A DNA stretch of 63,612 bases, the filler included, from Reticulomyxa filosa (lineage: Eukaryota > Protista > Foraminifera): the NCBI GenBank assembly GCA_000512085.1. It is 23 parts of 23 records of this genome, joined end to end, with 100 filler letters (N's around TTAATTAATTAA, not from the genome) between each part and the next. Parts side by side here need not be neighbours in the genome. Positions count along the whole stretch, not along the records: positions 54,843 to 58,034 come from ASPP01001879.1; positions 58,135 to 61,215 come from ASPP01001761.1; positions 61,316 to 63,612 come from ASPP01009688.1; 20 more parts are not named here. One strand, given 5' to 3'. The position numbers were made by a program, and so were the translations under genes. Below, one piece after another: positions 54,843 through 63,612 of the stretch (the first letter of the stretch is position 1; each line of letters opens with the position of its first letter). A model generated the notes under the pieces. The model was not told where the DNA came from, searched no databases, and saw nothing but the letters and a program-made list of their open reading frames with translations.

Positions 54843-55300
54843 TATGGCAAAGCAGCAATGATATTTGACATACTTATGTTCATACAAAGGTATCAGACCA
54901 AGTTTATCCATATATAATCTATTATATAAAACCATCATTCGTCCGAGTCTCGAGTATGCATAAGAGACGATTGGAAAGGATACAAAGAATTTCAATGTGT
55001 AAAATTCTTGGTGTAATGAACCAGACTGCTTATGACACAATCAATGTTATTTCCCAACTTCCTCTTGAATTACGACGAAGACAAGAAGAGGTAAAGTTGT
55101 ATCACAAATGTATCAGATGGTCAGGTCGATTCAATGGTCATAATCTTGTGTTGGCATACAAGATTTGGAATGAATCAAGACCTATCTCATTGATTGGTAA
55201 ATTATCGACATGGCCTAAATCCATTTTTCACTTCCGAATGGAATAAACACTGAACCAAGAAGGAAATGAGATGATGCCATATCGACATCCGAAGAGATTT
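54843..55300 (+). mobile_element. Non-LTR retrotransposon (LINE) RT C-terminal remnant
   Basis: LYKTIIRPSLEYA and RLERIQRISMCKILG...LPLELRR are typical post-RT thumb motifs of LINEs. Frameshifted. Confidence 0.8.
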
Positions 55301-55604
55301 TTACGTGACTTAAAAGATTGTTCTGCACAAATTAGAAAGGAAAATCGTGTGTCGAATTATCACAGGCAAAGTAACAAAAAGTTGAAGCATTTTTTCTTTG
55401 ACTGTTTCTTTGATCGTTGCTTGTATCGGACCTTTTTAGTTGTTTCTCGGCCTCGGGGACCTTTCCTTTGGTCTCCGACCTTCGGGACCTTTTCCTTTGG
55501 TTTCCAGTCCTTATGGTCTTGCTCGGTTTCAGGGTCTTCTTTGGTTTTATGGCTTTCTTGATCGGAGCTTGCGGCTCCTGGATTATTTTATTTTTTTTTA
55601 GAAC

Positions 55605-55900
55605 TTGGATATGAAGTGGAAGAAGTTGAAAGATTTAAGGACATACCAGTTGTGAAAGTATATTCTCGAATGCCAAAGACGTCCAAAGGGCACTTCAAGA
55701 ATTTAATGAGGCAAAATGTGAAATCTTTGATCACATTTTATCCAATGCAGAAAGTTTCAAGTTGAATCACTTTGAGAAGACAGAAACTTATAATTTTCCT
55801 GAGATTTATTGGATCAAAGGACATTCTGGCATTCCTGGAAACTAACGAGTGATGAAGTGGCAAAGAGAGCGAGATTCCAAGCAGAATTTGAACAACCTGA
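55605..55900 (+). mobile_element. Decayed LINE ORF1 (gag-like) fragment
   Basis: LGYEVEEVERFKDIPVVKVY followed by a degenerate QCRK..LNH zinc knuckle. Confidence 0.4.
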
Positions 55901-56564
55901 ATTATTTAAGACCCACCTAATTTTTTTTTTTCAAGTTAAAATGAGCACCTCGTCCCAAAAGGAACACAGTACTCTAATAAAAACAAAAAAAATGGAAAAG
56001 ATCAACAAAGCATATCAAAAACACACAATCAACAACAAGTGAAAAAAAAATTTTAAGTTTTAATTTAATAAAAAAAAACAAAATCTCAAAGGTTGTACGG
56101 CGAGATCAATCAACGGTTGTGAAAACAAAATTGGCCTTCCCTCAGGGGAAATTACAGGAGCAATGCTAATGTTCAACCGAATCCTCTGAGCCTTGTTTTC
56201 GAAGTGTTGAAATCTCAAGGAAACATTGAGATTCACCTCTTTTAACAAATTAAAGCAAAAAATACAATTTAAACACTTATTATTAAAGAAAAGCATGTGA
56301 ATGTTTATATTGCCATTTAGGCTTATTTAATAGAAAAGTGGTTCAATTTTGTTCGCAATTCTTTCTTTTTAATCGACTGTTCATTTTAGGTGTTGTTATC
56401 TTGAAAGTTTTCAACTAGTAAAAAGATTTTTTATCACGATAAAAAAAAATGTTACTAGTTAAAAAAAAATTATTTTCTTTGTATCTTTGTCTTTATTTCT
56501 GTTTCGCCACAATCTTGCTGACGAAAATCGTTGTTAATAATCGAAGATTAACTTCGAACTTCTT

Positions 56565-57400
56565 TCAGATATTGCTAGATGTTGCAGTATCACTTCCTTC
56601 AAAATACAACTTTTTTTTCAAAAGTTTATCTCGATGATGAATGATGTTTAAATTAATTATTTTTTTTTGCCACCTAATTGGTTTTATAGTTGTACTTTTC
56701 TTTTGTTTACTTAGATTTTGGGCCAGGTGCTTTTTTAACTTGCTTTTGTTTGCACTTTGGGGCTGAGGAAAGGGCAAAAAACAGTGATGAGTGGATGATG
56801 AAGCAATGAGTAGTCTGACACCTTCCAGTGTAAAAGCTTCAAAAAAAAACATTTTTGTATCAATATTTTGCCGCTTCGTGATTTGCCAATCCGCAATACT
56901 TACATGCTTTGTGCTTATTTGGGCATTCACGAACAATATGGTCAATCTGTAGCATTTCATGCATTGCCTGAAATGAGGTTTTGGCCTTGATTTGCTTTTG
57001 TGAATTGTTCCACTTTCACCATTGAATATCCAATCGAATATCTTCAGTCTTGGATAGAAGCATTTTGATACTCCTCGAAGCAGGACATATCTATTCACTT
57101 CAAGATTAGTCACTGCTTCTTTACATCTTGGCTGCCTTACAATATGTTTACCATCTTAATTTTCTTTTTGTTCCATTTGTCCATAATTCTCATCATTGAA
57201 GTTATGAGCTAGTTGCTGCTCATTAATATCAACTGCAAAATGAACAAATAATTTCCAGAAAATGTATGCGCTAATACTTTTCTGGACAACATATTCTTGT
57301 TTCTTAATCCAAGGAACTTAATCACAGATGTTGCTGACTTAAGTTCTTTGGCGACGATCGTTGGCGTATTCATACATAGGAATTGTGTCGAACTTGCATG
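56565..57400 (-). mobile_element. Decayed LINE ORF1 (gag-like) with CCHC knuckles
   Basis: KPHFRQCMKCYRL shifts frame into HIVRECPNKHKACKYCGLANH, giving tandem CX2CX4HX4C knuckles. Confidence 0.7.
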
Positions 57401-57816
57401 TTTTTCTTCAACACATTTTCAAATGTGATTCATCAATCTTTTCTTCGTTTTATTGCATACTTGAGCTGTGTAATACAACTTGAAACGTCGATGATTGATG
57501 CTTTTCTTTCTTTACAATTTCATCCATCTGGAGTCTTTCATTTTATGGCTATTCGTTTGTACCATTTGTGTCGACGTCCATGTCATTATTCGACGTCATT
57601 TTGGATTATCGTTGTTTGTTTCTAGTATCATGCATATCAATATCATATCTAGTGGCAGACATATTCTGAACATGTCTTAACTTTTTTTTTAGGAGATAGA
57701 ATGTTGCTGTTGAATTCATAAAGAAAAATAATGTGAACAAGCACCTCACCCAAAAATGAGTACAGTACTAAATACACACTGCAATACAAAAAGTACAAAA
57801 AACAAAAATAAGTGTC

Positions 57817-58034
57817 TTCAATGTTCTTGTGGCTGTTCGTATCCTAATATCGCCTGAATGAAGCAGTCTTCGAATATCTTGGATACTGCAGCTCGAATTG
57901 CATCATTGAAGGTAATCTTGTGCATGTTCAATCCTGTAAGTCTTTCTTTGAATACAGTTACGTCTTTAGCCCCGATCATAGATAACAATCTGGTGCTTGT
58001 AATGTATTTATAATCTTTGGAAATATATTCTTTC
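57817..58034 (-). CDS. C-terminal exon/fragment of a hypothetical repeat-family protein
   Basis: Open frame KEYISKDYKYITSTRLLSMIGAKDVTVFKERL...QAILGYEQPQEH* starting at the contig edge. Confidence 0.4.
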
Positions 58035-59056
58035 NNNNNNNNNNNNNNNNNNNNNNNNNNNNNNNNNNNNNNNNNNNNTTAATTAATTAANNNNNNNNNN
58101 NNNNNNNNNNNNNNNNNNNNNNNNNNNNNNNNNNCACACGATTTAATCTCAGCTCGAACAATCTTTGACTTCTTTTTTTTTGAAGTAGTATTTCTTAGCT
58201 CCAAACTTTTAACATTTTAAAAAGCAAAAAGTTGTTTGTCTACCTTCTTCGAAGCGAAATACACGAGGGGATCAACAATATTTTCTCCACCGACACTGGA
58301 CACTGGACAAACTTGTTGAAAAACTGTAGAAAAAGGGGAGAAAAAGTTCCTCACCAACAGCAAATCAAATTTCTTTTTTAACATTAAAAAATCTATTATA
58401 TTCGCAATTTGATTTAGAATAAATGCAGAAAAACTGGCTCTGTTGTAGGTAAGACTTTTTGAAAAAACAAAGTTGAATATTTAATACAACTAACTATTAT
58501 TTCATGAATTTAAGAATCAAAATCAAGATTAATGTTTGAGTTTTCTCTTTTTTTGATAATTGCAAATTTGCTATAACGCTTTAATTTTTCCTTGAAAAAA
58601 TTAAAATCTTTGAGTGATAAGACGGCCTTGTGTCAAGGTCAAATTCAAATCTTAATTGAAAAAATTAATTGCAAAGATTTTTTATAAAAAAACAAAAGAC
58701 GTTACCAAAAATCGAATGATAATCAAATTTTTTTCATTTCACTTTTTCCTTCGTCTGATTATAGTTAATGACTGCAATTCGATTGGAATTTCAAAAAAAG
58801 CTTGTAGAAAACAACTCAATAATTCGTTTTTTTATTTCATTGTCTTCTAACTCCTAATTTCACCACTTTATCGAAAGAAATATTTTATAAAAAAATTTCT
58901 CATTGAAGTGGTTCTATACAAACAGTGTTAAAAGCACTCAAAAACTTTTGAAACAAGGAGAAAAAAAAAATCAATAGCAACAAATACAACAATTTCATTA
59001 TCGACAAACAAGTGACAAAAAACCATTTGATAGAAAAAGAAGAAATGTTCGTTGGG

Positions 59057-61174
59057 TTATGGTCTAGGTTGCAATAAAGTGGACAAAGTATGAGCTCCCT
59101 TAATATGAGTGTCATCAAAGATTTCAATATTGTTGGTTAACCAAAATATCATTAAATCATATAACATTCTTTCTGATGGATTGTTTTCTTCATTTGCATC
59201 TGTTCCGCTGACCGGTGATGCTGCATCTGTACTTTTTATTGTCGCATCATCCTTTTTTTCTTCTTCCTTATTCTCTTTCTCATTTTCATTTGTATTATCC
59301 TTTTCTTTCTCTTTTTCATCTTGAAATTGAGTAATATTGACAGTTTGAATATTTTTAGTTTGACTTGTAACGGTCAATTGTGTTTGAGACAATTTGACAC
59401 GTTCAATAACACTGGAAGAGACTTGGGGATTGCGAAACAGCAACGGGACCCACTCAGATGCAATATCACTGACACGAATATTATTGGTATGAACACATTG
59501 TTTAATGAAAGAGATCAATCGGATCAAAGCTTTTAAGTTAAATTCACTCATATTTTCCGCAAGCATAGTATTCCACTGATCAATATATTCATCCAACTTT
59601 GGATTTCTCTTTTTTTTATTCGCCTTTTCATTATCAGCATTCTCATTTTTGTCCTCTTCATCATTGTCGCTATTGACAAGTTCATTATGCAGAGGAAAAT
59701 GTTGAAACATATTTCGATTGTTACGGTACGAATCAAAAGGAATGGAATGAGCAATGCTTTGCTCACGAACATGATGAGCCATTTGCGTTTGAAATTCCAA
59801 GCATTTGGAATAAAAATGGAAAGGAACAAGTGGCTCCACTAAATTTTTGAGCCAAAACTTGAGAAGGCCAACAGCATGTTTATAATTGCGAATCTCTGGC
59901 AAGGATTTTGTATGCAAGCTATTGGAAGAAGGAGAAGAATAATCAAATATCTGTTTTAAAATGGAGTGATACTCTTGAATATCATCATCATTTAGCAGAT
60001 TCAAATTGGGTTGCAACAACAAATATCGATCATTTCCATCCAGAACCAAAGGATCATTTTCAATATAATGCAGCAAAAATTCCAAAACAAATGGGACATG
60101 TAATTCATCAAAGCGACGAGCCTGATGGAACATAATATCTTGAATCAAATGAGTAGGGCCTCTCCATTTGTGATTGTGATAGAGCTCTTTTGGAATGGGC
60201 ACAATACTGGCAGTAACAATGTCTCTTATTTTGATTTGCACATACGATTGAAAAGTGGGAAGTGATGGCTGCAACAAATCGACATTGGATTTGAAATGGG
60301 TGAATGAGTTTCTCAGGCTAATATTAAACAAATGTTCATTCATGGTTTTGGCAAGGAAGTGATACGAGTCATAAAAAGCATTCAAACGAGTCAACTCAAT
60401 GGCCTTCAATTTATCCAAAGACTGCTCTCGGATCAGGTCATAATTGGCATAAAAATGATTGCAAGTTTGGACTTGCAGTTGATACATACCCTCATGTTTG
60501 TGTAATTCATCGCGCAAAGGTTCATAGTGCTTGCAAATGCACCAAAGTATCAGCGAGTCATTTTTGTACGCTTGCGTCAATGTGCTGTTGCTCAAGTTGC
60601 TATATTTGCGAATACTCTCTTCATATTTCCTTTCTAATTCCGTTTTATTGTCATCATCATCATCATCATCATTGTCATCACCATCATCATTATCATTACC
60701 ATTATTACCATAATCACCATTTTCATTCTTATTATTGCCATTGCCATTCTCATTTGTCCCATTGTTAGCATCAACAGTACTGCCATTGCCATTGTGATCA
60801 CGACTTGATTTGATATCTTGCTTATTTGTGGCCGGCGTGACCGAGGGCATGGAGGATGTCCACTTGGCCATGAACCCGCCAGCCCTCGGTGAAACATTGT
60901 CCAACAACACATCGGACAAAGAGGTATGATGTTTGTGCCCCGAGGCCGTGGTGTTGACAACAGGAGGGTCAGTCTTCCAAAGACCAGAGATCGAAAAGCC
61001 CCCTCCCACCGACTTGCTGGCCACATGTTGTGCGTTTGAATCCTTCATCTTGTGGGCATCATTGTCGGCCTTCTGTACCACCGACGGCGATCCTGATTTC
61101 GATATGTCACTCGCTTGTTCTCGACTTACACGAGGACTTGTGCTATTGCCTCCGAATATCTTTCCAACCCACAT
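59057..61174 (-). CDS. RhoGAP-domain protein (with an F-BAR-like helical segment)
   Basis: 705-aa ORF. VPFVLEFLLHYIE, HAVGLLKFWLKNLVEPLVP and IASEWVPLLFR fit the RhoGAP fold, and a coiled-coil segment (LDKLKAIELTRL) lies upstream. Confidence 0.75.
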   Translation of the reverse strand: MWVGKIFGGNSTSPRVSREQASDISKSGSPSVVQKADNDAHKMKDSNAQHVASKSVGGGFSISGLWKTDPPVVNTTASGHKHHTSLSDVLLDNVSPRAGGFMAKWTSSMPSVTPATNKQDIKSSRDHNGNGSTVDANNGTNENGNGNNKNENGDYGNNGNDNDDGDDNDDDDDDDNKTELERKYEESIRKYSNLSNSTLTQAYKNDSLILWCICKHYEPLRDELHKHEGMYQLQVQTCNHFYANYDLIREQSLDKLKAIELTRLNAFYDSYHFLAKTMNEHLFNISLRNSFTHFKSNVDLLQPSLPTFQSYVQIKIRDIVTASIVPIPKELYHNHKWRGPTHLIQDIMFHQARRFDELHVPFVLEFLLHYIENDPLVLDGNDRYLLLQPNLNLLNDDDIQEYHSILKQIFDYSSPSSNSLHTKSLPEIRNYKHAVGLLKFWLKNLVEPLVPFHFYSKCLEFQTQMAHHVREQSIAHSIPFDSYRNNRNMFQHFPLHNELVNSDNDEEDKNENADNEKANKKKRNPKLDEYIDQWNTMLAENMSEFNLKALIRLISFIKQCVHTNNIRVSDIASEWVPLLFRNPQVSSSVIERVKLSQTQLTVTSQTKNIQTVNITQFQDEKEKEKDNTNENEKENKEEEKKDDATIKSTDAASPVSGTDANEENNPSERMLYDLMIFWLTNNIEIFDDTHIKGAHTLSTLLQPRP

Positions 61175-61315
61175 TTTTATTTTTGCAAAAAAAAAAAAAA
61201 TATATATATATATTTNNNNNNNNNNNNNNNNNNNNNNNNNNNNNNNNNNNNNNNNNNNNTTAATTAATTAANNNNNNNNNNNNNNNNNNNNNNNNNNNNN
61301 NNNNNNNNNNNNNNN

Positions 61316-61354
<39 letters not shown>

Positions 61355-61454
61355 ACAATACATTATGTGATGTAAGCAAACAAAAATAAATAAATAAATA
61401 GTATGAAAGGTTTTGTGTTGTACGTATATTTTTTTTATGAACTCGTGAGTAGTG

Positions 61455-62220
61455 TTGAAAATGGTCATCCTCGTATGTTTGACCATAGCCAGTGAACGCT
61501 CCTCCTATATCAGTCCCTTTTGGTGTCCATTTTATTGTTGTTTTTGTTTTTCTCCTCCTCTCTCTCTCTCTCTCTCTTTGTATTTATATATCCCGTTCTT
61601 TTTTGTAGTGTTAACCTTTCAAAGTGACAAACAAAAAAATATGTGCAATAAGATATACAGGAAAAAAAAACACAAACACAAACACAACACACAACACACA
61701 ACACACAACACAAACACACAAACACGGATTAAATATCTTTCGTAATCAATGAAATCTGTCTTATCCCACCTGTTTGTTTGTTGTCTCCATTTTCATTGCT
61801 CAATGAGGATCCCACATTTGCGCCTCCTTTCGACATTTGGCTATTGTTGCTTCCAGTTGCTCCGATTGGATATGATATGTGCGAATCCACATAACTTGGG
61901 TCTAGATACGCTTGTCCCCATATCCCGTCGTAACTTGTATAAGGGGCACCATTCGTGTGCTTCGTGCAAAAAATAATGATACACAATTTACATTTCAAAA
62001 AAAAAAACACACACACTTGCATCTCGCTCGTCTCTTTTTTTTTTTTTTTGCTTAAACACAAAAACAATCACAATTTATTACCTGGTAGGAATGAAAAAGA
62101 TGTGAATTGTTATAATATTCCATCAGTTGTTTCTTTCCTTCAAATATTATTTGCGAACCAATGATTTCAATTTCAACTGAATTCAACTGAAAAATTCACT
62201 CGACCCTCGTTCCGTAAGTG
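61455..62220 (-). CDS. Hypothetical multi-exon protein (partial)
   Basis: GC-richer exon GAPYTSYDGIWGQAYLDPSYVD... flanked by (CA)/(TC)-repeat introns. Confidence 0.4.
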
Positions 62221-62773
62221 TTTGTGACTGTCAGTTTCTAAAAGGAGAATATTTTCGCACTGATATTCAAGTATCGTAAAGCGAACAAAAAGTGATAAAA
62301 AGTAATATACATATGTTGGATGTCTTAAAAGTGTTAATAATTCGCTGCTTCTACTATTTTAATTTTTTAACAGTCTATTCACTTGTTTGCCTGAATCGTC
62401 TATAAAAAATAGAACATTTCAGTGCAAGCGAACGACGGTTAAAAACAAAAATTCGAGATACTAAATGTAAGGATTTTGATAAGCAAATGTAAAAAGAGGA
62501 TTTATTTTTACTTTTAACACGATTAACTTTTTCATTGGATTTTATTTAACAAAATAATAAGATTTTTGGAAACGCTTTCAGTGGCAGAATAAAAACTCTA
62601 GAATTTCCCCTAATAGATTCGCACATTGAAGCTACAAAGTACTTTGTATATTTCATCCTATATTAACTAGAGAGAATTCACACAGAACATTAACACCCAT
62701 TAGAAACTTTGGAAAACAAACAAAAAAGGATTCGAAACTAAATAAACGAACTAAACAAATTAAATAAAATACA

Positions 62774-63612
62774 ATGACGGACTATCCAGGTAACAAAGCA
62801 TTTACGACACTTTCATACAAACTTGCAAAGCAAGAAGCAACACGGATAACAAATATTTGCATGATCGCTTGAATGTCCCCCCTTTTTTTTTGACCTGTCC
62901 CCTTTTCCTTCTTTTTTTTCCCCCGTTGGAAAAAAAAAAACAGAGATAAAATTGAGTGTGGAGGTGCCAAATGAAAATGCGGATGAAAACAATGATGAGT
63001 TGGAAATGGGACAAGAAAATGAAGAAAACAAAGTATCTCTCGATTTACAACAAGGGGACAATGAAGAAACAGAAAGAGCCAGATATGGGCTTAATTCACC
63101 AAAACGAGAAGTATACCTTTATAAATATATATGTTTATATTTTTTTGGTATTCAATTCCTTCTCCCTTTTCAAAAAAAAAACTTTCACATTTTTTTTTAG
63201 TAAATACATTTCCCCCCCCCCCCCCCCCCTTCTTGTCTTTTTGCAAACGAAAAAACGGCTAATAATTTTTTTTTTTTTTGCAAGACGTATACTTAATTTG
63301 ATTGTGCTGTATAAAGAAAAAACCTGTGGACGGAGAGGCGGATGGTCAAAATGATGGAGAGATTACCCCTGCAACGAAACTTCGTCAAACAGCCGGCATC
63401 AATTCACCCAAACAACAAAAAGCTTTGGTAACGAGTGTGTATTTGGTTTTATTTGTGTTTGTTTATAGCATGTTTTTGCTTTTGTATTTTCAAATATTAA
63501 CAACATTTATAAAAAAAAAAAAAAAAAAAAACGTAGATAATAATTAATAATAATAACAAAATAAAATGAAGAGCTGGGGAAATACAGACGCAAACGCAAA
63601 TGCAAATGAAAA
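62774..63612 (+). CDS. Hypothetical multi-exon protein (3' truncated)
   Basis: Acidic exons (EVPNENADENNDELEMGQ..., KPVDGEADGQNDGEITP) separated by poly-T introns. Confidence 0.45.

Noticed and set aside
60650-60800. (CAT)/(CCATT) repeats giving poly-His or poly-Met ORFs
   Set aside because: These are alternative frames of the Asp/Asn/Gly low-complexity tract in the RhoGAP-like gene.

Overview
This is eukaryotic, very AT-rich DNA with short GT-AG introns full of poly-A/poly-T and (TA)n tracts. The gene families and intron style resemble a foraminiferan/rhizarian genome such as Reticulomyxa (an inference, not verified). The window is not one locus: it is 23 unrelated contigs joined by 22 identical artificial 100-nt spacers (44 N + TTAATTAATTAA + 44 N), so synteny across spacers is meaningless and many genes are truncated. 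Recognisable genes are a tetraspanin, a Ska2-like kinetochore protein, a multicopper oxidase N-terminus, MCM3, Kelch and WD40 family members (some decayed), actin-like copies, a YqiA-like alpha/beta hydrolase, an ankyrin protein, a UBR-box E3 ligase, a DIS3/Rrp44-family nuclease, an ABC1 kinase pseudogene and a RhoGAP-like protein. Decayed mobile elements include LINE fragments, a tyrosine-recombinase element and a Mutator-like SWIM element. The main highlight is a spliced gene fusing a CHAT caspase-like protease, a STAND/NB-ARC-type NTPase and a STAT-type SH2 domain, a candidate phosphotyrosine-sensing NLR-like protease. The second highlight is an intergenic two-hairpin box H/ACA RNA candidate at about 4.7-4.9 kb.
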